Under the pieces are notes generated by a model, which did not search any database, had not been told where the DNA came from, and worked only from the letters and a program-made list of their open reading frames with translations. 64,000 nucleotides of DNA from Candidatus Poribacteria bacterium (GTDB taxonomy: Bacteria > Poribacteria > WGA-4E > WGA-3G). A program made the position numbers and the translations under genes. Within the stretch, counting starts at the first letter, position 1. The number at the start of each line of letters is the position of its first letter. The stretch lies in NCBI GenBank assembly GCA_965208735.1, contig CBDBPM010000002.1:3382444-3446443 (forward strand), written 5' to 3'. Of the stretch, positions 53,312-63,133 are shown in pieces.

Positions 53312-54526
53312 ATGAGCAATCTCGCTTATGATCTTTTATCTGAAAATCTGGAGAAACAGGGAATCCAGATAGAAACAATCAAGGCTCATCTCAAAGAGCA
53401 ACACATTGAAACACCCTCGTGGGGTTACGGTAATTCCGGTACCCGATTCGGGGTTTTTGAGCAGCCCGGCGCAGCGCGGAATGCGGCAGAGCGTTTAGAA
53501 GACGCAGCCACCGTTCACCGCTTCACGGGTATTGCCCCTACTGTCGCGCTCCACATTCCGTGGGATAAAACCGACGATTGGAGTGCCTTGAAGCAATACG
53601 CTGCGGATGTCGGTATCGGCATCGGTGCGATTAACCCGAACGTCTTCCAAGATCAGGCGTATAAACTCGGAAGCGTCTGTAACCCGGACGCGGATATCCG
53701 CCGACTCGCCATTGACCACATGCTTGAGTGCGCGGACATCATGGAGAAGACAGGTTCCGATCTACTCAGTTTGTGGTTCGCAGATGGCACCAACTTCCCG
53801 GGGCAGTCGAACTTCAGGAAGCGCAAGCGGTGGATGGAGGAGGCGTTAGCCGAGGTCTATGATGCCCTCCCAGATGCCACTCGGATGCTCATCGAATATA
53901 AGTTCTTTGAGCCAGCGTTTTACCATACCGATCTCCCCGATTGGGGCACTGCTTACCTCATGGCGACAAAACTCGGTGAGAAAGCACAAGTCCTCATCGA
54001 CTTGGGACACCACCCGCAAGGCACAAATATTGAGTTCATCGTCGCCTATTTGATTGACGAAGGCAAACTCGGCGGATTCCATTTCAACTGCCGGAAATAC
54101 GCAGACGACGATCTGACAGTCGGTTCTATCAATCCACAGGAACTTTTCCTGATTTATACCGAGTTGGTTGCTGCAGAACTTGATCCCGATACGGAAACCG
54201 ATATTGCTTACATGATTGATCAGAGTCATAACCTGAAACCGAAGGTTGAGGCGAGTATCCAATCTGTCTGCAATCTGCAAAAGGCATACACAAAGGCACT
54301 ACTCGTTGACCGGGAAGCACTCGCAGCCGCGCAGGATGCCGCCGACCTCGTTGAAGCGGAGTCCATCCTCCAACGCGCCTGTGAAATGGATGTGAATCCG
54401 CTTTTAGAGCAGGTCCGATTGGAAATGGGGCGCGATCCGCACCCGTTGGCAGCCTATCGGAAAAGCGGTTATTATGAGAAGATTAGTACCGCTCGCGTCG
54501 GTGGCGAAAGCCAAGGATGGGCATAA
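53312..54526 (+). CDS. sugar isomerase, L-rhamnose isomerase-like (P. stutzeri/Rhizobium RhaI type TIM barrel)
   Basis: N-terminal [15 protein letters not shown]...VALHIPWD and about 400 aa length recall the non-E. coli L-rhamnose isomerase family. Identified from memory only. Confidence 0.5.
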   Translation: MSNLAYDLLSENLEKQGIQIETIKAHLKEQHIETPSWGYGNSGTRFGVFEQPGAARNAAERLEDAATVHRFTGIAPTVALHIPWDKTDDWSALKQYAADVGIGIGAINPNVFQDQAYKLGSVCNPDADIRRLAIDHMLECADIMEKTGSDLLSLWFADGTNFPGQSNFRKRKRWMEEALAEVYDALPDATRMLIEYKFFEPAFYHTDLPDWGTAYLMATKLGEKAQVLIDLGHHPQGTNIEFIVAYLIDEGKLGGFHFNCRKYADDDLTVGSINPQELFLIYTELVAAELDPDTETDIAYMIDQSHNLKPKVEASIQSVCNLQKAYTKALLVDREALAAAQDAADLVEAESILQRACEMDVNPLLEQVRLEMGRDPHPLAAYRKSGYYEKISTARVGGESQGWA

Positions 54527-54699
54527 GCACGCTTAGAAATAGTTGATGTGTTGTCCGGTGCGGTTAGAATGCAGGTCGCAAATGTAAAGCTAAGACAAAT
54601 TTTGCCGCGTGTGGGCAAAATTTGGGTGCGTACACCGCGATGCACTTCGCATCTGGGCGTGTACGCCGCAAAAACCGCACCTACCCATTCGGGGGGCGT

Positions 54700-55641
54700 A
54701 TGACGAAGATTAAAATCGGAATTATCGGTTCAGGCGGAATGGCGCGGCACCATCTCTCCCGGTTTGCGGCAATGGAGATCGCTGAAGTCGTGGCGATCGC
54801 CTCCAGAAATGAGCAGACAGGAAACCAACTTGCCATTGAACATAAGGCAGCGTACGTTCCTGAATGGCACGGTCTGATTGAGCGAGAGGATATAGAGGGT
54901 GTCGTTATCTGTACGCACAACGACAGCCACGGTGAGATTATCCTTGCAGCGTTACAGGCGGATAAACATGTCTTTGTGGAATATCCGCTTGCCAGTGATA
55001 TTGGTGAAGGAGAAGCGGCATTGCAGCTCGCTGAGGCGCGCGGTCGTGTGCTGCGGGTCTCACATCCAGAAGCCGTTTCTAACACCCACAAGGCACTCAA
55101 GCAAAAAATAGGCGAACTCGGCGACTTACTACTTACCTCTTTTGTGCGTCTTACTCCGGGTCGTGGTGCCCGTCCTGAAATCCTTTTCAATCTGTCGGTA
55201 TCAGGCACACCTGCCCATTTCTTCATCTATCATATCTATCCGATTGTTGATTTCTTCGGTGGTGCCGTGTCCGTTAAAAGGAGTGCCGTCTACGAAGGAT
55301 TAAGAGAAAACGGACAGTATGACCGATTTGTTAACACACTCGCCGTTGAATTCGAGCGCGGCGGTATCGGGCAATGGACATGGGCAGGTGGCATCGCCAT
55401 TAATGCTGCCGAAGAACATGAACGCTACGTCCTCACCGAAGGCACGATAAGTGATGCCGGTGATGGATGGCACTGTACAACTCCGGCTGGTGTAACACCG
55501 CTCACAATTCCAGATTCACCGCAGCCAACCCTTCAAGAATTATGGCTTTCCGAGATCCAAGATGCTGCCGATCAGCCCCCAAATCTGGAAGACGCGGCAG
55601 TAGCACTCGAAGCAATCCGTATCAGCCTCGCATCCGAATAA
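54700..55641 (+). CDS. Gfo/Idh/MocA family oxidoreductase
   Basis: MTKIKIGIIGSGGMARHH Rossmann motif. Start moved from 54622 to ATG 54700. Confidence 0.8.
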   Translation: MTKIKIGIIGSGGMARHHLSRFAAMEIAEVVAIASRNEQTGNQLAIEHKAAYVPEWHGLIEREDIEGVVICTHNDSHGEIILAALQADKHVFVEYPLASDIGEGEAALQLAEARGRVLRVSHPEAVSNTHKALKQKIGELGDLLLTSFVRLTPGRGARPEILFNLSVSGTPAHFFIYHIYPIVDFFGGAVSVKRSAVYEGLRENGQYDRFVNTLAVEFERGGIGQWTWAGGIAINAAEEHERYVLTEGTISDAGDGWHCTTPAGVTPLTIPDSPQPTLQELWLSEIQDAADQPPNLEDAAVALEAIRISLASE

Positions 55642-55642
55642 T

Positions 55643-56422
55643 CTATCCCAAGGTCCGCTGGAACCACTCCACCGATTTGGTAATGACCGCTTGCTCCGAT
55701 GCAACGGTGTTAAAAGTGTGGTCCCCTTTATCGATGATTTCAAGTGCTGTCAATGCGTCGCGTTCGGACATCAGTTCGTAGTAACGTTTCCCGTGAGAGA
55801 CCGGCACGACATCATCCCCACTCCCGTGAATCACGAGGAGCGCGCCTGTGAACTGCTGGATAAGCGCGGAAGGTGATATGTTGGGGAGTTCTTCATAGAA
55901 CGCTTTCCCGACGATGTTTGGGTTCAATTGTGCAATCTCCTCTGGTGTCGGCGTGTGCTTGGAGCGCTCCAAAATTTCCTCTCTTCGGTCTGGTGGGTCG
56001 TCCGAAAGCGGTGCCCACATCACCGTTGACTTTACACGTGCGTCTTGCCCTGAGACACACGCTGCGACACAGCCACCCATGCTCAAACCCAAAATGCCGA
56101 TACGTTCAGTATCTATACCGGGCATAGCGGTAAGAACGTCAATTGATTTGATAGCATCCGAAATCTCACCACCGATGGTCATCTCCGAGAAATCACCTTC
56201 ACTGTCTCCAGAACCTCGGAAATCGAAGCGCAGCGCGTAAAACCCCGCATCAGCGAGTTCGCGAGCAGTTTTAACGAATATCCTGTGCGGTTCAACTTTC
56301 GTTCCAGTGAATCCATGAAAGAAAGCAACCGCTGGGCACGGCGCATCACAATCCGTCGGTGAATGGAGTATCCCGTTCAGTTGTTGTCCTTTGTTGTAAA
56401 ATACTATAGGTCTTTCTATCAT
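55643..56422 (-). CDS. alpha/beta hydrolase (S9/dienelactone hydrolase-like)
   Basis: Nucleophile elbow GLSMGG, oxyanion-region FFHGFTG and a distal GDHTF. Confidence 0.8.
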   Translation of the reverse strand: MIERPIVFYNKGQQLNGILHSPTDCDAPCPAVAFFHGFTGTKVEPHRIFVKTARELADAGFYALRFDFRGSGDSEGDFSEMTIGGEISDAIKSIDVLTAMPGIDTERIGILGLSMGGCVAACVSGQDARVKSTVMWAPLSDDPPDRREEILERSKHTPTPEEIAQLNPNIVGKAFYEELPNISPSALIQQFTGALLVIHGSGDDVVPVSHGKRYYELMSERDALTALEIIDKGDHTFNTVASEQAVITKSVEWFQRTLG

Positions 56423-56441
56423 ATTTTTCTGCTCCTTTTTC

Positions 56442-56470
56442 TTGACATTAAAACTTGTTTATGGTAAACT
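56442..56470 (+). promoter_or_regulatory. sigma70-type promoter candidate for comF
   Basis: TTGACA (56442-47), 17 nt spacer, TAAACT (56465-70). Confidence 0.4.
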
Positions 56471-56509
56471 TATTATATAATAACTTTTATTTCAGTGAAG
56501 TAGGATTTC

Positions 56510-57262
56510 ATGGGAACAAGGTCAATAGGTTTGCAATTATCAACCCGATTCCGGGATATATTTGAAACCGCAATCGTCTTCCTCTACCCCGCAAAATGCC
56601 GCGTCTGTGAAGAATTCCTGGGCGTTGCGTCTATGCCTTATATCTGTGCGGATTGCTGGCAGAACATGCAATTCCTTGAACCGCCTTGGTGTGATATATG
56701 CGGCACACCAGAGGTCAACGGACTTTGTGATGCGTGTGCTGTCTCCCCGCCTCGCTACGGAAAATTGAGATCTATCGCATTTTATCACACAACACTCCAA
56801 CAGGCAATACATCTCTTTAAATTTGAGAAGAAAAGGGTCTTCGCGCAACCCTTGGTTCAACTGATAAATACCCATATACCTTCAGATTGTGATATTGCAG
56901 AATACGATTTCGTTCTGCCTATTCCGATTCACAAAAAACGGCTGCGGGAACGGGGTTTCAATCAGGCAGCACTACTTGCCGATGGAATCGCGAAAGCGGA
57001 AGATATACCAGTTCTCGTTGATACGCTGGTGCGGAAACGACACACAGTCGCGCAAAGCAGCTTAGACAGCGCAGCCCGTCAACAGAATATCGTTGGTGCT
57101 TTTGAGGTCCGAAACCCAGATATTATTTCTGGAAAACGACTCTTGGTTATTGACGATGTGTTCACGACTGGTGCCACAATTCGCGAAGCCGTCAGCGAAT
57201 TATGGACTGCCGACCCCGCTGAAATCGATGTTTTGACACTGGCGAGGACTTCGAACACCTGA
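56510..57262 (+). CDS. comF: ComF family protein (double zinc ribbon plus phosphoribosyltransferase domain)
   Basis: CRVC...CADCW...CDICG...CDAC zinc ribbons. PRPP motif LLVIDDVFTTGATI. Confidence 0.8.
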   Translation: MGTRSIGLQLSTRFRDIFETAIVFLYPAKCRVCEEFLGVASMPYICADCWQNMQFLEPPWCDICGTPEVNGLCDACAVSPPRYGKLRSIAFYHTTLQQAIHLFKFEKKRVFAQPLVQLINTHIPSDCDIAEYDFVLPIPIHKKRLRERGFNQAALLADGIAKAEDIPVLVDTLVRKRHTVAQSSLDSAARQQNIVGAFEVRNPDIISGKRLLVIDDVFTTGATIREAVSELWTADPAEIDVLTLARTSNT

Positions 57263-57376
57263 AAATCCTGAAACTTTTTCCATTTATATTGCGTATTATA
57301 TCAATGTTCATGGTAGGACTAAAAACTACTTATAATTGTGCTAATTATTTAAACTTGTGGTGGGAGGGGTAAACCT

Positions 57377-60300
57377 TTGCACTTAAACAGCATAAAAATT
57401 CGCGGGTTCAAGAGTTTTGCCGAAGAAGTTGAATTGATACTTGAACCCGGCATCACTACCATTGTCGGACCCAACGGTTGCGGTAAAAGCAATGTCTCCG
57501 ATGCAATCCGGTGGGTGCTTGGGGAGCAGAGTGCTCGCTCACTTCGGTGTACCTCTATGCGTGACCTGCTTTTCAATGGGGGTGCCAATTTCGCACCTGC
57601 GCAGAAAACAGAGGTAGCACTACGCTTTTCAAATGGCGTTTCAAATGTTAAGGACGATTCTAATGCATCCGCAGAAGATGGTCCCAACATTGTGCTCGGT
57701 TCTCCCGAAGTTGAAGTCTGTCGCCACCTCACCCGCGCTGGCGAAAGCCGCTATTTGATCAATCAGAGTCCTTGTCGGCTCCGTGATATCAGCGAACTCT
57801 TTATGGATACCGGTATTGGTGTTGATGCCTATTCCGTTATGGAGCAGAGCAAGATTGACCTGATTTTGAACGTGCGCCCTGAAGAGCGTCGCTTTCTGTT
57901 CGACGAAGTTGCTGGTATTACTAAATATAAGCACCGAAAGAAGACGGCACTCCGTAAACTTGAACAGACGGAGCAGAACCTTGTCCGTATCAACGATGTC
58001 ATTCAGGAGTTACAGCGCGAGACTGAAGCACTCAAAGAACAAGCGGAGCAGGCGCGGCACTACAACGCGCAACAGGCACAACTCAAGCAATTTGAGTTGT
58101 GCCTCGCACATAGGGAATACGATAAACTTCATACCGATTATAGTCAGGCACAAGCCGATTTAGATGAGATTTTAACCACCGTCGCAACGGCTTCTGAAAC
58201 GCTTAAAGCTGCTGAAGAACGCATTGAGGCATCCACAAACCGCCAGTCCGAATTAGACGAAGCGATACGTACCGGACAGGCAGCACTGCGCGAGATCGAA
58301 ACACAAATTGAGCAGATTGAACGCCAGATAGTCCTTCACAAGGAACGGCAGCTCAACATCCAGAAGCAACGCGAACGCGCCCTCCAGACGCTGGAATCTT
58401 TGAAAGCACAGCAAGCGGCACTGCTCACACAGAAACGAGAACGGACCCAAGAGCACCAAAAACTTGAGGCGTCCTATAAAATAGAGGAGAGCCGACTCGC
58501 AGCACGTCAACAGCTGCTCACACAACTCGCCGAACGCATCGCTGCATCCAAGGAGTCTGTACAAGAGGCACAGACGGTCTTACAGGAAGCCGCAACCGAA
58601 TTGGAAGACCGCGAGCGCAAACGTCTTGCAATTGAACACAATTTGAATAGTACCGAAGGAAATCTCAATCGCCTCAAAGAAAATGCAGACGCATTGGAAA
58701 CCGAACACAAGACCGCTACTGATACGCACGCTGCGGTTCAACGCGCCGAAACACAACTAAAAGCGGAACTGGTTCATATTGAAGCCGAGAGAAATCACGT
58801 CGAGACGAACCTACAGGAAAATCAGGATGCCCTCCGCAAGATTGAAGCCGAAATTCAAGGTCTACAGAATACCTTGGGCAGTAACGTCTCACGGCTTAAA
58901 TCGCTACAGGAATTACAATCTGCTTATGAAGGATACTATGCCGGTGTTCGAGCGATAATGCAGGCGAAAACCCACTACCCTGATCAGTTTCAGGGTGTCT
59001 GTGGTGTTGTCGCTGAACTGCTCATCACAGATGCCGAGTATGAACTCGCGATAGAGGTCGCACTTGGTAGTGATATTCAGAGTGTTATTACTGAAACTGC
59101 TGAGGATGCGCAAGACAGTGTTGCTTTCCTGAAAAAACATCGTGCGGGTCGAGTAAAGTTTCTCCCGCTTGATTTTATACGCGAACGCAGGTTCTATGAT
59201 GATGCACTGCTCAACAAACCCGGTGTCATCGGTGTCGCTCAGGACTTGATTGACTACGACCCTGAATATGAGCCTGCCATGCAACATCTGTTGGGGAATA
59301 CACTCGTTATTGAGGATTTGGATGTTGCTGTCGCTCTTACCCGCCAATTCCGTCCAAGAGCACGTTTCGTTACTTTAGATGGAGATATCATTGATACGTC
59401 TGGTGCTATCACCGGCGGTCAGACGAATCAGAGACAGCGTGGATTACTCGGTCGCGCCCGCGAACTCGAAACGCTTGAAAATGAGATCGGGAAATTGACG
59501 CAGAACTCCAATCGGAAGGTTGAGAAGCGTAAGGCGTACGCCGCGAAAATAGCGGATTTACAAAAGACGCGGCAGACGCTCACCGCACAGTGGCAAGATA
59601 AGCGGGTTGAGAAAGCGTCGCTAACGAAAGACATGGAGCAGGCGAACCTCCAAGTTACTCGACTTGAGCACCAACTTGCCGAGGTTCGGGCAGAAAACCG
59701 AGAATTAAGCAAAGCCGTCGATGCATCACGCGAGGAGCAGCAGGCACTTGAGACTGAAATCGCGGAATTCAAGCAAAAGCGTACTCGCACCCAACGGTGG
59801 ATTGAACGCGTATCCGAACAGATTGAGAGCGAAAACAAGAAACATGTTGAGGTCGCCGGAAGCTGCCAAGAGATGGAAGTCTTTTTGGCGGGACAGCATC
59901 AGAAATTGCAGGGTTTGATGTCGGAGTTAGAAACGATTGAGGAAACGTATCAACGGGCAACAAAGGATATTGCTGAACAGCAGGCAATTATTGACTCCGA
60001 TGAACAGACGAAGATTGACCTCGGAGAACAGGTCGCCGCTGCACAACGCGAATTCCTCCGTTTAGAGGGCGACCGCGCCGAAGCGGAATCACATGTTGAT
60101 GAACTCACGCAAGAGCGGGAGACGCTCCTACAAGAGGTATCTGTCCTCCAAAAAGAGATGCGTGCAACTCGGAGAAACTTTGAGAAACAGAATAAGGCGC
60201 GTCATCAACTTGAAGTCGCAACAACGCAGCTTGAGATGCGGATAAAATCGGTTTCAACCCGTATCCACGATAAGTATCAAGTCTCGATTGATGCGCTGCC

Positions 60301-60979
60301 ACCGCTGATAAATGGTGAGCAGGCGATGGACGAGATTGATCTGCTCGATAGTATCGAGAAGTTGAAAGCAGAACTCTCAGGCATGGGGGCAGTGAACCTC
60401 AAAGCAATTGAGGCTTACGAGGAACATAAGAAACGCCACGATTTCCTTATTGCCCAGCGCGACGATGTCCAGCAGTCGATGCAAGCCACCGTTCAGGTGA
60501 TCCAGAAGATCAATCAGACCTCAAGAGAGGTATTTCTTGAGACGTTTGAACAGGTCCAAACCAACTTCCAAGAGGTATTTACACAGCTCTTCGGGGGCGG
60601 TGAAACGGAATTGTTATTGACGGATCCATCCGATGTGCTTGATTCGGGCATTGACATTATTGCCCGTCCGCCGGGTAAACGTCCGCAGAGCATCACGCAG
60701 CTTTCCGGCGGCGAACGTTCGTTAGTAGCAATTGGACTCTTGTTTGCTGTCTTCAAAATCAAGCCGAGTCCGTTCTGTGTGCTTGATGAAGTTGATGCAG
60801 CACTTGACGAAGCGAATGTGCTCCGCTTCGCCAATCTCATTCGTGCCCACGCCGAGGATACACAGTTTATCATCATCACGCACAACCGCCGCACCATGGA
60901 AATTGCTGACGCTATGTACGGTGTGACGATGGAGCAGGCGGGTATCTCGAAGATTGTCTCTGCCAAGTTTGGTGAGTAG
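57377..60979 (+). CDS. smc: chromosome segregation protein SMC
   Basis: 1200 aa. Walker A GPNGCGKSNVSDAIRWVLGEQS, long coiled coils, hinge (GVCGVVAELL...) and signature LSGGERSLVAIGLLFA plus LDEVDAALD. TTG start 57377 follows GGGAGGGG. Confidence 0.95.
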   Translation: MHLNSIKIRGFKSFAEEVELILEPGITTIVGPNGCGKSNVSDAIRWVLGEQSARSLRCTSMRDLLFNGGANFAPAQKTEVALRFSNGVSNVKDDSNASAEDGPNIVLGSPEVEVCRHLTRAGESRYLINQSPCRLRDISELFMDTGIGVDAYSVMEQSKIDLILNVRPEERRFLFDEVAGITKYKHRKKTALRKLEQTEQNLVRINDVIQELQRETEALKEQAEQARHYNAQQAQLKQFELCLAHREYDKLHTDYSQAQADLDEILTTVATASETLKAAEERIEASTNRQSELDEAIRTGQAALREIETQIEQIERQIVLHKERQLNIQKQRERALQTLESLKAQQAALLTQKRERTQEHQKLEASYKIEESRLAARQQLLTQLAERIAASKESVQEAQTVLQEAATELEDRERKRLAIEHNLNSTEGNLNRLKENADALETEHKTATDTHAAVQRAETQLKAELVHIEAERNHVETNLQENQDALRKIEAEIQGLQNTLGSNVSRLKSLQELQSAYEGYYAGVRAIMQAKTHYPDQFQGVCGVVAELLITDAEYELAIEVALGSDIQSVITETAEDAQDSVAFLKKHRAGRVKFLPLDFIRERRFYDDALLNKPGVIGVAQDLIDYDPEYEPAMQHLLGNTLVIEDLDVAVALTRQFRPRARFVTLDGDIIDTSGAITGGQTNQRQRGLLGRARELETLENEIGKLTQNSNRKVEKRKAYAAKIADLQKTRQTLTAQWQDKRVEKASLTKDMEQANLQVTRLEHQLAEVRAENRELSKAVDASREEQQALETEIAEFKQKRTRTQRWIERVSEQIESENKKHVEVAGSCQEMEVFLAGQHQKLQGLMSELETIEETYQRATKDIAEQQAIIDSDEQTKIDLGEQVAAAQREFLRLEGDRAEAESHVDELTQERETLLQEVSVLQKEMRATRRNFEKQNKARHQLEVATTQLEMRIKSVSTRIHDKYQVSIDALPPLINGEQAMDEIDLLDSIEKLKAELSGMGAVNLKAIEAYEEHKKRHDFLIAQRDDVQQSMQATVQVIQKINQTSREVFLETFEQVQTNFQEVFTQLFGGGETELLLTDPSDVLDSGIDIIARPPGKRPQSITQLSGGERSLVAIGLLFAVFKIKPSPFCVLDEVDAALDEANVLRFANLIRAHAEDTQFIIITHNRRTMEIADAMYGVTMEQAGISKIVSAKFGE

Positions 60980-61134
60980 CCGTTTTTTTATCTATTAAAT
61001 CTGGTCATCGTTCCACTTCGTTTCACGATGGTGTTTGGTTAATTTTGAAGGGATTCAGACGCGAACAGTTAGTTATTAAAAGTCTCTGTAGACACCCCAT
61101 CCGCAGGGTCCGTAGCGGCATAAACATCTAATCC

Positions 61135-62109
61135 GTGAATATGGACAAACTAAATCGTGAGCAGCTCACAATCCTTCCGCTCACTGAACGCCAGCACAAA
61201 ATGACGGTGGCAGATGTCTACCCGTTAGATACGGAAACCCCACCCTATGAAAATCCGAATCTCCGTATTGTTGCGGACCGGATTGTCGAGGCGCATCGCG
61301 CGCGGAGACAAGTCATCTGGATGATGGGCGCGCACGTCATGCGACGCGGTAACTCCCGCTTTATTATTGATTTGATGGAACGCGGTGTCATCACGCATCT
61401 CGCCACTAACGGTGCATGTGCCATCCACGACTTTGAACTCGCGCACATCGGGGCAACGCTTGAAGATGTGGAAGACTATATCTGGGACGGTAAATTCGGT
61501 AATTGGGAGGAGACAGGACGTTACCTGAACGAGGCGATTGTTCGGGGTTACCGAGATAAAATCGGCTTTGGGGAAGCAATCGGCAGATTAATCCAGGAGG
61601 GTGAACAAGGTATCTCTTTTCCGCATCGCGATGTGAGCATGTTTGCCGCTGCATATCGCTTAGGCGTGCCGTTCACTGTTCATAAAGGGATCGGGTTTGA
61701 CATTATTGACCAGCATCCTGCTGCCGATTATGCCGCGATGGGATGGACGACAGGCGAGGATTTTCTGCGTTTTGCGCACAGTGTTTCGCAATTGGAAGAT
61801 GGCGTTTTTCTCAATTTGGGTTCCGCTGTGATGGGACCCGAAGTCTATCTCAAAAGCCTCTCAATGGCACGCAACATCGCAACCCAGCGCGGAGAGGAGA
61901 TTCGGCATTTCACGACCGCGAACTTTGACCTCATCGACTTCCCTGATTTCCAAGATGAGGGTGCACCTACCGATGCACACTACTACCACCGACCGAAAAA
62001 GACAATCCTCATCCGTACCGTGAAAGATGGCGGTGAGGGGTATCATATCTCCGGCGATTTTTCTGTTACTGTCCCGCAGTTATACCGTCTGATAACAATT
62101 TCTTTGTGA
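61135..62109 (+). CDS. hypothetical protein, possibly deoxyhypusine synthase-like fold
   Basis: VIWMMGAHVMRRG...ITHLATNGACAIHDFE...GVPFTVHKGIGFDIID loosely recalls the DHS-like NAD-binding family. Weak, from memory only. Start is uncertain (GTG 61135 or ATG 61141). Confidence 0.3.
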   Translation: MNMDKLNREQLTILPLTERQHKMTVADVYPLDTETPPYENPNLRIVADRIVEAHRARRQVIWMMGAHVMRRGNSRFIIDLMERGVITHLATNGACAIHDFELAHIGATLEDVEDYIWDGKFGNWEETGRYLNEAIVRGYRDKIGFGEAIGRLIQEGEQGISFPHRDVSMFAAAYRLGVPFTVHKGIGFDIIDQHPAADYAAMGWTTGEDFLRFAHSVSQLEDGVFLNLGSAVMGPEVYLKSLSMARNIATQRGEEIRHFTTANFDLIDFPDFQDEGAPTDAHYYHRPKKTILIRTVKDGGEGYHISGDFSVTVPQLYRLITISL

Positions 62110-62159
62110 GACATCTGCATCTGTCCAACCGCGGTTCGGGTATAAGTATCGCATCTATA

Positions 62160-62417
62160 TTAATAAACGCTGCTCCGATGTCCAACATCGTGAACAACAA
62201 TTGTTCTTGTTTGTCTATTGAAAGTATAGATAACTCGGTAAGCACCAGCAACGCGTAAACGGAATTTCCCTCTATGTGGGCCTCGGAGAGCTTCGTGGCG
62301 ATGTGTATCGCAATTTTCGCATAGTGATCTCAACTTGTTAAGAATTCGCTGTTCAATCGTAGCATCTAAACGGGCAAAATCTGCTTCCGCTTTTGGCATA
62401 ATTTCCAAATTATACAT
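62160..62417 (-). CDS. relE: RelE/ParE family type II toxin
   Basis: About 85 aa. KAEADFARLDATIEQRILNKL...GKFRLRVGAYRVIYTF...IVVHDVGHRSSVY fits the RelE/StbE pattern. ATG 62417 overlaps the upstream stop (TAATG). GTG 62423 is an alternative start. Confidence 0.8.
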   Translation of the reverse strand: MYNLEIMPKAEADFARLDATIEQRILNKLRSLCENCDTHRHEALRGPHRGKFRLRVAGAYRVIYTFNRQTRTIVVHDVGHRSSVY

Positions 62418-63112
62418 TACCACTTCAGTCCCAGTTTTTTCGCCACTTCTTCTATTGGAATCGCTTTGACTTTACCAGACTCATGTTCTGCTACGCTGCG
62501 TTCCAGCCTTTCAGCCACCTCCGGACGCAATTCTAACCCCTCATCTGGGTCATAATAGTAATCTTCAAGAAACTGCTCCAACTCCAAATAGCACACAAAA
62601 AATTCAAGGAATGCCGATTTCAGCGGTTCTGTTTGCTCAACCGATGGTGCCGCCTTTTGCAGTTTCGCAATCTGGGCGCGTGCTGCGAAAAGTTCCGAAT
62701 TCGTGAGCGTCTCCATCAACCCACGGAACGCATCATCCAGTAATGCCGTCACCTTGATCTCAGGTTGCGGATCCGTGATTAAAGGTTTGTCGCTCATCCG
62801 TCGTGCTATCCGTCCTTTAGGCGAAGTTTTTCGCACTGCTTCCACAGCTGCAACGCGCTTCTGCAGAGGCGCGAATATGTCGGATGCTTGCAATATTGAA
62901 AGCAGTGATTCCTCAGGTTCCTCCAACTCGAATGCCAGTCCGCAATAGCCTTCATAAAACTCTCGCAACTCAGTTTCCAATGCCGTCCTATCGGCATTCT
63001 CGGCGAGCAAGGCGACGAGTCTTTCACGGGATCCAAAAAGCGGACAGTTTACAATCGGTGTAAGCCAAGTGCTGAATTGTGCATACGTCATGCCTGTTAT
63101 ATTGTGTTTCAT
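62417..63112 (-). CDS. unusually long (231 aa) antitoxin-like protein
   Basis: The C-terminal LRPEVAERLERSVAEHESGKVKAIPIEEVAKKLGL resembles short addiction-module antitoxins that pair with RelE/ParE. The N-terminal ~180 aa contains two related segments. Confidence 0.5.
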   Translation of the reverse strand: MKHNITGMTYAQFSTWLTPIVNCPLFGSRERLVALLAENADRTALETELREFYEGYCGLAFELEEPEESLLSILQASDIFAPLQKRVAAVEAVRKTSPKGRIARRMSDKPLITDPQPEIKVTALLDDAFRGLMETLTNSELFAARAQIAKLQKAAPSVEQTEPLKSAFLEFFVCYLELEQFLEDYYYDPDEGLELRPEVAERLERSVAEHESGKVKAIPIEEVAKKLGLKW

Positions 63113-63133
63113 TGGTCTCTCCTTTAACTATAA

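Noticed and set aside
54598-54622. The AT-rich hairpin ATTTTGCC-GCGTGT-GGCAAAAT followed by TTGGG, as a terminator after the rhamnose-isomerase-like gene.
   Set aside because: The stem is weak and AT-rich and the U-tract is poor. The next gene is co-directional and probably co-transcribed. Too uncertain to list as a feature.
57377-60979. The SMC-like ATPase as part of a Wadjet- or Lamassu-type defence system.
   Set aside because: It is a full-length 1200-aa SMC with a hinge and canonical head motifs. The neighbours are housekeeping-type (comF). No JetA/B/D or LmuA/B-type partner genes are present.
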